Below, in pieces: positions 1 through 14,101 of a stretch of DNA of 64,000 bases. The position numbers were made by a program, and so were the translations under genes. The notes beneath the pieces are model-generated. The model ran no database searches, was not told where the DNA came from, and saw only the letters and a program-made list of their open reading frames with translations. Source of the DNA: Leptogorgia sarmentosa (lineage: Eukaryota); contig OZ210884.1 of the NCBI GenBank assembly GCA_964658305.1, positions 6,262,001 through 6,326,000 of the forward strand, written 5' to 3'. Each line of letters opens with the position of its first letter. Position 1 is the stretch's first letter.

Positions 1-652
1 AATCCAAGCTATCCAAACGTTGAAGCAATGCCATTTTGCTATTTCTTTTTCTATTTGTACAAAACTATGTTTGTCATTTACAAAGTGCAATGCCCTGTAA
101 AAAATAATTACATACAATTTCAATTCTGTCATACGAAATATCTTTAGAATTACATGAGAATAAGAAAGTGCCATATTTACTGACGAACCGCAGATGAAGA
201 AGAGATGTACAAAATTATAGCGAGGCGACAAAACGGACTTGACAACCAAAGATGCCCCGAAAATTCAGATTTCTACATGCTTCCTTTGTAGCATCGTTTT
301 ACAATTTCAGTGTAATGATTTTCTATTCCTTCTCCTTCGACACGCACACATGTGCAGCTGATAGAAAGGAGAGCAACGCCACTAGAACTTACCATCACAC
401 CCAACACATCTTCGCCTCGCGAACCGTCTGTGCCGATTGCATTCTCCTTTTCATTAGAACTGAACACGTCCAATTGAAGTTTTGTTATCACCCTAAAAAC
501 TTACCAATGGCTAACCGCATGGTGACGTCTTGGTTTAACTTTCAAGCAAATCTTTTGTATTTCTCTTGTTGAATATATTCTATTTCTTCAGATTTCTTCT
601 TCCATTCAGTGATGATACGTCGTCACCAAGATTCTGTCTTCCGGCTAGCCAA

Positions 653-1008
653 ATACTGTGTTTTCCCCGGGATTGGCCATGAAGTCCAACGCAACTCTTG
701 TTTCCCCGGGATGGGCCATGACGTCCAACGCAACTCTGTTTACCCGGGATGGGCCATGAAGTCCAACGCAACTCTTGTTTCCCCGGGATGGGCAGTGACG
801 TCCAACGCAACTCTGTTTACCCGGGATGGGCCATGATGTCCAACGCAACTCTGTTTCCCCGGGATGGGCCGTGACGTCCAACGCAACTCTGTTTCCCCGG
901 GATGGGCCGTGACGTCCAACGCAACTCTGTTTCCCCGGGATGGGCCGTGACGTACGACGCAACTCTGTTTTCCCCGGGATGGGCCGTGACGTCCGACGGG
1001 ACAACTCT
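653..1008. repeat. GC-rich minisatellite, about 9 copies of a 38-39 bp unit (GTTTCCCCGGGATGGGCCGTGACGTCCAACGCAACTCT)
   Basis: Tandem copies read directly; they explain the repetitive ORFs at 580-1165. Confidence 0.95.
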
Positions 1009-1800
1009 TTGTGATTTCCTAGAAAAGCTGCTGGGACAAATCGTATTGCAATTTCACATCGAGCATGCAAGTACATGCATTTCATTTGTGTTAAACAAAC
1101 ATATATTTCGAATCAACATTTTCACATGGGGTAGAAATGTAGTACGATCCAGATATGACGACTAAGGAATTATATATTTCGACACAAAGGCGATTATAAT
1201 AAACGGACAATCACTACGACCAAACACTTCTAAAAAGTAATAAAATCATGCAAGTAACATCTTCTAAAATGAATTGAAAGTTTCGAGATTCTCTCTTGTA
1301 CGCGAGAAGACACAGTTCTTAAACGAAAGTTTCGTTAAAACCTCCTAAAATGTTATTTAAATCCTCTAACAGTGATCCGACTTCATTTCTAGGAGACCTG
1401 ATCTGACAACATCTCTCTGTAGGGAATCACGACACTTGTGTTATAAAAACTCTTGGCATTTTCATACGTCGCTACAGCCATTTCTTCAAACATCATTTCT
1501 GAACAACACCAAGCTTTCTACCAAGACTTAACGTCCATACGTCCACAACAGACTCGATTTACTAAATTCAGTACACGTTCAGCTAACTTCATAACAGCAA
1601 GTTCCGAGAATCTTCTGCAAGTTTTGCTGCTTTCAGGAAAGGGGTGGTTCCATGTATGGTACTTCCGTTTTTCACCAAAAAGACAAATTTCAAGTTCAGT
1701 TTGGGGGGTCGCATTTTCTCTACCACTTTCAAAATGGTTTATGAATTCCTACGCTAGTTTTAAATGTGATAATGTTCAAAGTTCATTCCAGGATCTTTCC

Positions 1801-4800
1801 TTAGTAGCGTCTCATTGTTCCACTTCGAGGGATGGTGGGGACAGGGGCGGCCCTGAAGGGATCACTACGACCAGAAATAGGTACAGGACGCCGGCTGGTT
1901 ATGACAGGTACGGTCATGGGAGGTGGATGTTGACTGATCATCCTAGGTGGCAGGGCAGAACCACGGCTGGGTGGGATCACTGTACGAGATCTGTCAATGG
2001 ATGTCAATATTGCACTGGAAGGATTTGTAGAAGCACTCCATGCCGAACGAGGCATATCTCTTGCAGCAACACCACGATCACGTTCGCGAGATCTATCATG
2101 GTCTTTTTCAGCAGGCCATCCCCGTGCAGATTCACTTATCACTGGTCTACCAACACGAGAAGCAGGATTTCCGGGGGGTTCCAAACTGTGTGAAGACATC
2201 ACAGGACGTGCACTGCTGCGCTCATTCCAAGTCTCCCCAGGCCTATCACGGCTAGACGAACCACCAACTGGAGGTTGCACTGGTTTCTGCATACTCGAAC
2301 GACTTCCTAGATCATTTCCCAGAAGTCCACTCACACCAGCACGTTGTAACAACAATGACAATCCTTTCTGAGGATCACTGCTACTTTCCGCACCATGTTC
2401 CCAGCTTGGTCGTCGGTCACGTTCGCGAGGTGGTTCGCGAGGTGGTTCGCGAGGTGATTCGCGGCTTGATCGGTTTGCACTCGGTCGATCCCGTTCTGTA
2501 CGACGATGGTCATCACGTGGAGGCTCAACACGCGTTGAGTGACGCGAGTCTGTATGTCCGCCACGTGCATCACCGTGGCCACCACGTGGGTCACGTCTTT
2601 CTCTGCTAGCAGCGGATCTTGCTTCAGGAACAACTCGAGCGCGATCACGGGCAGATATACCACTAAAGAATTCGCCACGACTGTCACTACTTCTCTCTGG
2701 TGCAGGTCTCTTCGTATCGGGCCAATACCCAGGACCACGTGTTGGAGATGTTTCTCTGCCATACGGATCTCCAGGACGCTTCACGCCACGACGCTCTTCA
2801 GCACGTTGTCGTTCCATTCTCTCGCGTTCCAACCTCTGCATGCGCTCACGTTCTAATCTTAGCCGTTCACGTTCTAATCGCTCGCGGTCTTCGCGTAATT
2901 GTCGTTCTTGGAGGACCCTCAGGCGTTCTCGTTCTTGTCTTTCACGTTCGCGCTCGCGCTCCAACTCGCGTTGTCTCATTCGTTCACGTTCCAGTCTCAT
3001 CCGTTCTTGACGTTCACGTTCTTCTCTTTCACGTAACACTTGCAGACGGCGTCGTTCTCTCTCTCGTTGTCTCATTCTCTCGCGCTCACGTTCCATGGCT
3101 TTCTCGCGTATCATTCGTTCACGTTCCCGACGAATGCGTTCTCGCCTTTCGCGTTCTCTTCTTTCGCGCATTTGACGTTCACGTTTCTCGCGTCTGACGT
3201 CATCCAGCGATTTGATTGCAGGACTTGAACGACGATGAGATTTGTCGTCTTTTCCATCTTTCTTAGCGCTGCTTGCTTTTGATGTTTTAGTATCGGTTTT
3301 TCCTTTCTCGCCTTTCGCATCGCTTTCTTTTCCTATTATATTCGTTAATAAAACAAACAGATTAAGCATACAAGATGAAACCCGATGATAATAGCAAAAT
3401 AATTCGATAATAAGTTTCGAATCTGGCGCCATCGCGTAATCTTTGTGAATGAAGAGTGAACATTGGTTTGCGTTCGCACAAGAAAAGTTTAACAAGTGTG
3501 GATATTGCATGAAGTATCCGCTAGTATAATGTATCATACGGTTAAGTGTGTAATTGAAAAGTAAAAGCGTGCATAACGCGAAACTCTTCTCCTGGCAATT
3601 GTTAGAATAAGAAAAAGTAGAATTGATGGCAAACGTGTTTTCATACAATGATGATGCCGCCAATATACAACTTTTTGCAGCATTCCATACGAGTTTGGAG
3701 AGATATTGGTCTGCGCATCTTCAAGCCATGCGGTGACTTGGAAGCGACTTGTACTACTTCGAACTTCCTCAACTTCGTTCACGATCAGAATGAACATCAG
3801 TGTCATAACAAGCGTGACATGAAGACCTTGCGTGGCGTGAAGACACGCGTGGCGTGAAGACTTTGCGTGGCGTGAAGACAGGCGTGGCGTGAAGACAGGC
3901 GTGGCGTGAAGACAGGCGTGGCGTGAAGACAGGCGTGGCGTGAAGACAGGCGTGGCGTGAAGACACGCGTGGCGTGAAGACTTTGCGTGCCGTGAAGACA
4001 GGCGTGGCGTGAAGACATGCGTGGCGTGAAGACCATGCGTGGCGGGACGACCACGCGTGGCGTGAAGACATGCGCGGCGTGAAGACCACGCGTGGCGGGA
4101 AGACCACGCGTGGACTTCCACGCGCATATTATACCGCAATTTCGGAGTTACGGTGAACGTTATCCTAGGAGGAGGATAAGGTAAGAGACAGAATATTTAG
4201 TTATACTATAGCATCGGTTTCCTGCGGAGTTCATATTTAGAAACTTTCAACTCAGGGCAGAGGGTGTAATAAAGCTGTACCAAGATGGCTGGGGAAGTGT
4301 TGCAAACAGCATGGTTTTCATATAGCGCGGCAGAAGATCCTAACAGTGTACAAAAATTGAAATCAAATCCCACACACCCAACAATAAAAACACCCATATA
4401 AACATTAGCTGGGAGAAGGTGGGGGGCACCTTGCTCTACAAAACCCAAAACCTCACCAGTCTTAGTTGTCGTTGCTTTGCCATCAGATTTCGCAGGTGGC
4501 GTCTTCTCGTCAGATTTCTCGTCTTTTGCCTTTGTTTCTGCTGGCTTCTTCTCAGCGCTTTTTTCTTTATCTTTCATTGCTTTGTCATCTTTTACTTTAG
4601 TGGCAGCTGAGAAGACAAAATTTGGCCGTTAATTTGAGCACCGCAAGATGTTAGCACGAAAGAACTGCCCTCTGCATTATGCGTATACAACCCGATTCCA
4701 AGGGTGTTAAAATAGAAGATATATTGCATTATACTCACCAGGTTTTGCAGCTTTCTTCGCAGCAGGTTTCTTTGCTGCTGTTGTACTAGCTACAGTAGGC

Positions 4801-7800
4801 AAGCGATCACCTTTGGCCTGCAAGAAATGGAAATCGTCGTTAATCTCGATACGGCTTCTACGTTCCCTCCTTTTTTCCTCCTTTTTCCCCCCTTCCCCCC
4901 CCCCCCTTTTTTTTCTTTTTCTTTTCTCGCATGCATACTGTACGTAGGATGTAAAACTTGTATTAAACTTTTCTCAGAGAAATCCCACCCAACATGTTCC
5001 ATTATCATGAACTGTCAAAAATATTTTGTTTACATTAATAGCAGTAAGAATCAGGCAAAATAATCGAAGATTCGTAAAGGATTGCTTTGTTATTAGACGG
5101 ATTATAAAAATATTTTATTGTGATGTCCCAGGAAAAATGGCCGCCAGAAGCAGATTGAGCCTGCAATATTATGGGGTGAGAATAAACGTTTAAATAAAAC
5201 CTACAAACCTACCCTATCAACAGTTATACTTCGTCCATGCATTTCAGTACGATGGAGATGCTGGATACACTTGGCCGCTTCCTCACTAGTTGACATGGTA
5301 ACAAGACCAAAACATTGGCCGCCAGGAGACTTGGAATTCGTTACTATTTTAGCACCTACAACCTGATAATGGAGACGATATTGAAAGAATTCTGCAAGTT
5401 GCGTATCATCGAGGAACTGATTTCAAACAGGTGTTTGCAGTAGCGAAAACGGGCGATTTTATTTCTGAGCCTCGTGTATTCGGAAATGGCCTATTGAAAC
5501 AGTGTATTTGGGCAGGTACAGGCCCCGAAATTCAGAAATACTCTCCAAATCCCAACTCATACATACCTTTCCATACTGTGAAAACCTGGTTTTCAGATCA
5601 GCAGCGCGAGTCATGGAGGATAAATTACTGACCCATAAACTTTTTCCACTTTCTTTCTTCTTCGCATCCGCTCCTCCCTTCTTTACATCTGCTGCACTTT
5701 TCTTTTCCTCCGCCTTTTTTTCATCTTTACTTTCGGCTTTTTTCTCTATTTTTTTCTCATCTTTTTTCGGAGCAGGTTTTTTTGCTGGTTCTTCTTTTTT
5801 CGCTGGTTCTTCTTTTTTCACTGGTTCTTCTTTTTTCACTTGTTTCGTTTCTTTTTTCTCATCCTTTTTATCCTCTGCCTTCACATCTTTCTTCTGCTCC
5901 TTCTTATCACTTTCTTTAGTCTTCGCTTCGCTTTTTATTTCCGTGTATTCGGGTTCTTTCTCAACGCTTTCTTCTTTCTCAGTTATGGGCTCATCTTTTA
6001 CTTCATCCCTATAAATACATTTGATTGACTGTGAAGCAAGACGTTTGATTAGCCAAAAAACGGCGCGTTTTGAAAACCCTTTTAGACATTTCCAACATGT
6101 CTAAAACTACTGAGTTGTTTGTCAAAACCACCAATCAATCACAAAACATAACATGGAAATCCCAGTTTAGGAATGGAAATCTAAGGAAGGATTTTTTTCT
6201 TTACAAGCTATGAAAAGCATCGCAAGTAAACTAGAGTATAAAAAGTTAATATCCTGTAAAATATCTTAAGAAAAGATAAAAAGAAGTGAAATACAAATGA
6301 TATTTTGAATGACTCACTCGTCAACTGTCTTTCCTTCACTGTCAGCTGCTGTCTCCTCTTCTTTTTCTTCCGTCTTTTCATCTTCTTCAACAGGATTTTC
6401 ATCTGTCTCCATTTCTTTATCGCCGTCCTCGACATTCTCAGTAACTTCCTCTTCATCCATAGCTTCTTCATCCTCAACAACAGTCTCCTACAACATCAAG
6501 CAACAATTCCTCCCTCAAACTAATTGGTAAAATTACAAAGGTTTGTTGCAAAATGTCGTAAAATGCGGAGAATACAGGCGTAGAAAGCAGGCATTTTTTT
6601 TATATATTTGTATGCAAGTTTGTACCATTTTCGTGCCAAATGAGGAATGCCAGTTTCCTTAACAAACCATTTTACACCAGTTTGCCACAAAATAAAATAT
6701 AATCATCAGCATGAGCAGCCATTAACAGTCTGAACACTAATCACACTTAGTTCTTTCAAATCAAATCTTCACTTAAAAGCATAACTGCAAGAAGGCTTTG
6801 CAACCAGACAAGTTTAGAATGAGAAATACGTAATTGTGAGTTTACCTGTTCCATTTCTTTCAAATCTTCATCTAAATCATCTTGAACATCATCAGTGTTG
6901 ACACACATTGACAGTGACAGTTGATTTTCATTTGGCTTTGATGTGGAAACCTCTGCTTCGTTTTCTGTTTTTGTTTCTTCAACTTTTTCCCCTGGAAAAA
7001 ATATACAAACAAGATAATGAAAGCAACATTCCATAGTAGACATTTTAGCATCATACTCAGGAACATTAGTGCAAATCCTCAAGAATCAAATAGATGATCA
7101 CAACAGCTAGAAAGACATATTGGAATTTGTAAAATCAGTTTTCATAAAATAAAATTTAAAATGTGAAAAGTATGGCCAGGCAAAGTAGGCAAATTTTGTG
7201 TAGTTTTGTTGAATTATCAAGAAAGCATACTGCCTTTAAAATACAAACCTTCATTTTCATCTTGATGTTCTTCATCTACAGCCTAAAATAAGATAAGAAC
7301 AGAATAATTTTTGGAAAATCAGCTGAATGAAACTCTTAATTTCTCTTTCCGAAGGAAGAAATCAAATAAAAAAAAATTGGAGATAAAGTACCTCTGGTTC
7401 ATCTTGATACTCATACTCAAGAGAAGCTTCATCTTCATCACCTTCTAACTTATCTTCTTCAGTTAGATCAACCTTGAAACACAAAGCAAAATATTCAAAA
7501 GTTCAATTCAAATTTTATGATAATGGAAACTTAGCTGCACAGTGAAAGTCTAACATCAAAAGTTGAAAACATGCATCTCCTGAAATAATTCCTAAACTAT
7601 TCTCAATTCAATAGCTCTGTTTCAGCAAGTATGTTGGCTCACATACAACACAGATGAAGCAGTGTATTTTTGGCAGATATTATTGTAGCTTGTGAATGCA
7701 AACACAGTTCTTTAATTAATCTTACATTTTTGGAAAAAAGCATTTATATTATAAAGGTATTTATCTAGTACTTTTGTCAAAAAAATTGACAAGCTGGAAA

Positions 7801-9613
7801 AGTACTGCTCAGAAAATATCAGTATTACTTATTCACTTCTTTCTTGAAACATGAAACCTTATTGTAGTGTTAGGGTAGTCAGTGAAACTTGGTGCTTGTT
7901 AATATCATTTTTAATGAGATATTTACCAGCTCAGAGTCTTCCTTCTCAGCATCATCATTTTTCTCAATCACCAGAACTTCATCATCAACTTTACTATCAT
8001 CCTCCTGTTTGCTACATACCTGTTTACGAAGTAGAGTTAGTGCACGTTCTTATTAACCTATGAAGTACTCAAACAGTCTTGGGAATGCAAGGAAATGACA
8101 CAGTATATGTCCTATAAATGGCTCACAAGTGGTTACTGTACTTTTTTATCAACTTATGAAGTACTATCACATTGCTTCAAGTTATTGTCAATTATTGTGA
8201 GTGCATTGACAGAAATTGTGTAGAGTGCATAGTCAAACAGTCTTAGGAATGCAAGCAAGTAGGAAATATGCACCCTAAGATTCCATGCTAATCTAGTCTA
8301 TTTCACATCTGTCAGAAGGAGAAAATTACATGGCCCAAAAGTGGTGCAATTTTGATCAAGGCCTGTTTACATCTATGTGAAATAGACTAGATTAGTACAG
8401 AATCGTCAGGTGTATATTTGCTACTTATAAACTGTAAATATAATATTACATAATGTATTTTGATCATATTCCAAAGCATCTAAATAAATATATATTAAAA
8501 AATATTTCAACAAACGTACTATTTTGTCTTCAGCATCGTCAATCTCAGCCTCACTATCATCACCATCTAACACAATAAAACCTGAAAAATCATCTGGCAT
8601 TTCATCTTCGCCTGTAATATAAAAGAAGCCATGTGTAAATAAAAAATGACCACTATGACAACCTGGCTACTTTGATCACTTTATTACACAATGCTACAAT
8701 GCTATGCTACGCTACAATGATCCTAACACCTAATCCTGATCCAACTTTGATCCTAACTCTAATCCTAAGTTTTCGCTCACAAAAGCTTGATCAACTGATT
8801 CTATTAATCTTAACCTAATATCAGTTTCGTAACCCTGTAAGCACACAGCAAAAATTACCTATAGTTCTGAAATTACACCAATCTGATTACAATTAGGGTG
8901 GATTAAAATTGTTAATATTTGAAAGCAAAAGTTGTGGCAGGTTTCCCAAAGAACGACTTGCAAATATATTTGTGAATTCGCATTCTCACCACCCTGCTGT
9001 TTCAACAGTTAAAATTTCAATATGAAAAATGTGCAAGCATGCTGGAGGTTTTCCCTTAATTTCTTTGCAAGCAGAAATTTGCCCGACATTAATAGATCAC
9101 TTAATAAAATATTGTATATAATGAACACTAGTTTTATCTGTACTTCCCAAAGCACAAAGTTGATTCTATATAATATCTTTAAAAAAAAATATTAAAAATG
9201 AACACAAACCATCCACGTTGCCATTCGGTGTTTGTGTCGCTTGACTCGCTTCCGACTCTGCCGTTGCGTTCACTTCGTTTCCATCGCCTTGCTCTACCTC
9301 GGTGGACTCGTTCAGGTCAGCAGATTCTTCCAACAGCGACTGTAAAACATAAAAAACCGACTGAAACAAAATCGAAGTGATATTATCGAGTATTTTACAA
9401 CTAAAACTTTACTTTCGCTTCGACGACACCGAAGCAGCTGACATTTGAAATGCATATGCTTTATTTCAAATTCGAAATAAAAGTCATTACCTTTTCAAGC
9501 CGCTCAACCAATGCTCCCTTCAATCCAGATTTATCTAGCCCTCTTTTTTCGAGCTCTGCTCTGAGATCAACAACACGGAGTTGATTTAGTTTTTTTCCAC
9601 CGATCGAAGACAT
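1801..9613 (-). CDS. SAFB: Scaffold attachment factor B / SLTM-like protein (SAP domain, acidic region, RRM, Arg/Glu-rich coiled coil); multi-exon
   Basis: ATG at 9613; exon 1 (9613-9491) gives [41 protein letters not shown] (SAP). Several acidic exons lie at 9339-6310. RRM is split over about 5645-5566 ([26 protein letters not shown]) and about 5362-5213 ([23 protein letters not shown]...[14 protein letters not shown]). Last exon about 3332-1801 has RE repeats. GT-AG introns. Confidence 0.9.
3826..4125. repeat. Intronic minisatellite, 17-bp unit GGCGTGGCGTGAAGACA
   Basis: Tandem copies in the last SAFB intron; explains ORFs 3534-4139. Confidence 0.95.
8276..8424. repeat. Imperfect inverted repeat, MITE-like, in a SAFB intron
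   Basis: CTAATCTAGTCTATTTCACAT ... ATGTGAAATAGACTAGATTAG arms; coordinates approximate. Confidence 0.65.
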
Positions 9614-9968
9614 TTTCCAAACACGTCTCGTGGTCGTCACTGAGAAAAGTCACAAAATATCCGAATGAAGGAATCATCCACGAGTCATTCTGCGCATGAG
9701 TAGCAGTTGTTGTGTCGTCGTCACCCGTCGTTATTCGTCAAGTTTCGGAATAGCTACGGAGATTGTGCTCCTCATGTTCCTGTAGATTGTGAGCAACAAA
9801 TGCCAACAAAACAGTAGCGTCCTAATCAGTTGCACTGTGTTTGTTTCTTTGTTTTTACACTTTCTTTACGTATTACATTTCAATCTACCTTCATATATTA
9901 TATTATACAATTATTGCACGAGGCTGACTGAGCTCACCGAAAGATATATCAGTCTTACATCATTCTTC

Positions 9969-10240
9969 CAGGTGATCTCGTGCTCGTGTTTTAGCCAATC
10001 AGCGCTCAGAAAGGGTTGTCCGAATAGAAATCCATTTTACTATATTCACTCGATTATATCTTTCGTTATTCCATATGAAACTAAAACATTTTGTAACTAT
10101 GTTTCCATGGTTAGGCGACGTATAGCCCTGACAAAATCGAAATAAAGTTTATCTTGGGAGATATTCAGTAGTTTCAATCGAAAAATGGATTTCTATCTGA
10201 CAGCTAGTCCCAGTCCTTTCCATGTATTGGAATCACCTAG
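9969..10240. mobile_element. MITE copy 1 (ends CAGGTGATCT...AATCACCTAG), homologous to 40652-40941
   Basis: Colinear similarity over about 270 bp to 40652-40941; degenerate terminal inverted repeat. Confidence 0.75.
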
Positions 10241-10616
10241 TTGTACATCTCACATCAGTTTATATGTAAACATCTATACGTAATTTAGCTCCAGGGTATA
10301 TGTATAAAGCACGGGGGCGTAGGATGCATCAGAAGTTTGGTCATCATATCTATGCGTTTTCAAATTTATCCGGATACGTGTAGACGGGACCTAATTCTAA
10401 TATCTGTAAGTAAAATAACGTAGTACATGCCTTACACTATTATCATCAATTCGGTATTTTTTATAATTACATGATTTGTGATTCCCTGTTTTTTATGTGG
10501 AATCCCGTGCGAACATTTGGCCGTTACGAGTCATTACGCAATTGATATCCAATGGAAATCGATGTTCAATACAGTCTCTAGACTAGAATGATAAGTTCTC
10601 ACTTGCAAGCATGCAT

Positions 10617-13600
10617 TTACTTTTTACATAGACAATATTTCCTAACGTGCGGCAGTTTTGATGCGATACAGGCTGGCTGATCGCCATATTTATTTATCCT
10701 ACTAATACTTGTTGAAACCACGAACCGTCTTTTGTGATACTTTACTGTAGCTTCGAAGAGACCCTCATTTGGAGATGTAACAAATTGTAGCTGATAACGG
10801 CAAAAGTATTCTTCACTTTGCTTAAACGCTGCACCTTTTTTAAGATGAGTCTTGATTACAGCCAGGTTTGGCCGTTCCAATTGTGCGAAGTTTATCCCTT
10901 TGAGTGACAATGCAGCACAATTATGTAAACTAGTATTATCCCTTGATAATAAATTATTCATGTATTCCACTGCGGCTAACCCAGCTTTTTGTACATGTGG
11001 GTGATCCACACCCACCGTGACCCATTGCAAACACGGACAAAAGTGCTCAGTAGTACCGGCATCTTTACACGTCCGGGTTTTAGGAACCTTGGAGAAAAGA
11101 CTCATGCCGCGCGTAAGACCTTCTGGGGAGTGTGGGTACGACAGTACATGTCGGAACGTCGCATACAAATCAAACCACGAGGTAAGCCTCTCTCGGTTTG
11201 TCTTCAAATTTTCCATAATCTTGGGATATTTTGATTGAAACCAAGGGGGTGTTAGGATCGATAATAAAGGCAACCTTTCTTCTAATTTGCCTTGGACTTG
11301 TGTTCTTACCGGACCAAACCTCAATCCGTGGTCACCCATAAGAATTACCAAAGTATTGTTCAAATGACCGTTAGATTTTAAATCTTTCAATAACGCCATC
11401 AAGGCACCTTGGTTTTTCTGCACATTGTTGATTTCGTGGTGTGAATATCCAGCTGAAATGCAGAGATACCGTAAATACAATTTCGTGAGAAGCGTAAAGC
11501 CAAATGTATATGTTTTTCGAATCAAAGGGTAAAGGCTCCAAGTTGCAAAATACAATGCAAAACTTGCGATTGTTAAGGATATTTTTGCCGCAACGCCTCA
11601 AAAAAGTGTAACTAGATGGAAGCTGATTCTTGACCAGCAGTGCTTACCGTTAAAAGATACAAAAAACTTTAGTTTCTTTGGATAAGAATTAAAAACTGTA
11701 CGAACGTAATCAAAATGAATTTCAGGAATATTTCTGTTATTGATGCAGCGATCAGAAGGGTATTTAGTTCGTCTTGCAATATCCAGAAAGAAAGGTCGTG
11801 GGTAAAAATCTGTTGGAGGGTCTTTGAATCCCATGAGACGATATTGAAAAGGACCATCCCAAATACCGTCCTCGGATAACCCTGTCAGGTAACCATGTTC
11901 TGAAAAATAATAAATTGCACATATTAAAGGCCTAGTAATGCATCGAAATTTAACGCCACATTTTTATCACGGCAGCATAAAGAACATTCCAAATGACCTA
12001 ATAAAACATTTTCCCAAAATATTCTTAACTTGCTTTGTTGTGTAGATATTGACCAATGCTTAATATGCGAATTAACATCGCTGTGATGTCACGTTGCATA
12101 ATAAGGAATTCAAACTGGAATAGAACATTCTTTATGCTGCCGTGATAAAAATTGTGGTAAAATTTTATAATACATTTCACATTTTCGTCAATTCGAGGAT
12201 TAGATTGTAGATGATTATATGAGCTAAGAGAAAGCTAAATAATTGCACTTCGAGATATTTTAACTTTGAGGTATAACTAGGTATTATATTCTGTCATAAA
12301 CCAGACATATTTATTGAAAAATCGAAAGTCTCGAGATGTCTTAGACATATGGAAAACAGCGATAAAAAATACTGAGTCATAAAAAGCTGATTGGAAGAAG
12401 ATCAACCCATGAAGGACAGTTTTTAGCAACCAAATTCAACTGACCTTTCAACTGTTTAAAAATCCACGTCCACCCATCAAGCGGTTTTGCACCAGGCTTG
12501 CCAGTCCTCGCTTCATACTGCTCCTCAACATGTTTCCCCGTCAACATAGCTGTTAACTGGGGTGTGGTGCCATCTCCAACAACTGTGTGACCACTGAAAA
12601 ACTGAGCGTTGTTCTCTTTTAAAAACTCCACAACCTTCGGCAACTTACGAATGGTATATTCCCATAAGACAACGAATCGATCCCCAAGACTAAAATATTT
12701 ATAGGAATTCCAGGCTTCTTCAAGGGATCGTCAACGTATTTGCGATTTTTTGTGACAATTTGTAAAAGAAAGTCTTTTTTTGCTTGGTTATTTTTAAGAC
12801 GGAATGATACTTCAATCATTTCATCGGTGATATTGCTGTCTGATTTTATTTGAACTTCTGGACCCAACGTATGAGAGAAGTCATTTTTTCTTAAAATAGC
12901 ACGGTAGCTCGCTGAGACCACATTCGGATCTAAGACGGAATATAGTATACGTAGATTATCAGTACATCCTCTTATTTGATCAGTGCATGGTAGCTTTGGA
13001 GAAAACCAACAGTCATTCATTCTGTAAGAATCAACACGTATCGATCCGATTTAGATTAAGCGTTATCAGTTCTCAACCATTTTCCGAGGTATGCCCCCAA
13101 ATCCCTCTGCTCTCGTCAGTCGTTCACTATAGGTATCACGTTTATTAATGCTCATTAGAGAGTTTACGATTGACGACGCAGAGCCCGAAGACGCCGTAGG
13201 GGGACTAAAAACTAGCGCGACCAAGTCGTCTTCAATGATTCGTGTTGCGTCTTCCCGCCTTTCACGACGCAATTTTGAACATTTTACGTCGGGATGACAA
13301 CGTAGCTTGTTTCACGGTAGTTTTTGCTTTTTGTTTTCGTTTTTTGCTTTCTAAATATCTCATTCGGTAAGTAAAATAGTTTATGTGTCTATTCGTCTAT
13401 CTGATATAAATTAATTTGCCAATGTTTTGCATTTGTTTCAGCCTATTCTGTCCATATTCTCTGCATGTATATGGCCATGTTGAAACAAGCTATGGAGTCA
13501 AAAGCCATAGAAAACACTTCAGAAACCCAGCAAAGCCAGGTTTCCGACTCGTTTTCCAAAAACCGACTCGAAGGACCACCTACCAACGAATTCCAACGTT

Positions 13601-14101
13601 CCATTCCATAATCTGCCATATGTAGTGCCTGGACAATTTGGGTCATTTGTTTTCTTAATATACTGCATGATAGATGGATGAAATGGATCTAATTCCGGAA
13701 TTCGACAAATGCCCGAGATATTGTTCTTACTGTCCTTCTGTGAAGGGCATTCTACCTAAATAGCAACAGTATAGAAATTGCTCATGGAGAACGAGGCCGA
13801 GTTGTGCATTAAACTATAAGCGCACAAGGAATGATGGGCGTTGCTTATTCAGAGCCTCGTAGCCGACAGATTGCCTCATCATACCTGCAAGCAGGTCTAT
13901 ACACTGCCAGTTTTTTTTAACAAAGTCAAAACAAATTGCAATTCAACAAATGCAAATAATAAAACCGTTATTAATTGGTTTAATAAGAAGAAAAATTAAT
14001 AACAAGTTTGTCAAGCCCTTAATGCATTTAAGGTACGGAGAATAACATACCTTTTCATTCAAACCAATACTACTTTGCCATTCCAATTCCTCAGGCACAA
14101 T
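10617..14101 (-). pseudogene. DUF229-family (alkaline phosphatase/sulfatase superfamily) gene with a 2-bp frameshift; 5' end unresolved
   Basis: Exons 14101-14051 (IVPEELEWQSSIGLNEK), 13755-13584 (CRIPELDPFHPSIMQY), 12929-12445 (NILVLGIDSLS; GDGTTPQLTAMLTG), about 11899-11649 (FQYRLMGFKDPPTDFYPRPF) and about 11453-10617 (ILMGDHGLRFG...KLEERLP; HFCPC; SRINKYGDQPAC...KYCLC). The frame breaks at about 12657-12660. Pseudogene versus assembly error cannot be decided from sequence. Confidence 0.75.

Noticed and set aside
653..1008. CRISPR-like array
   Set aside because: Units are contiguous with no unique spacers, there are no cas genes, and the context is eukaryotic.
1453..3228. Plus-strand ORFs (246, 124, 165 aa and others)
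   Set aside because: Antisense shadows of the low-complexity SAFB last exon.
3334..3663. N-terminal part of the 620-aa ORF
   Set aside because: Lies upstream of the splice acceptor at about 3333; intronic extension of the reading frame.
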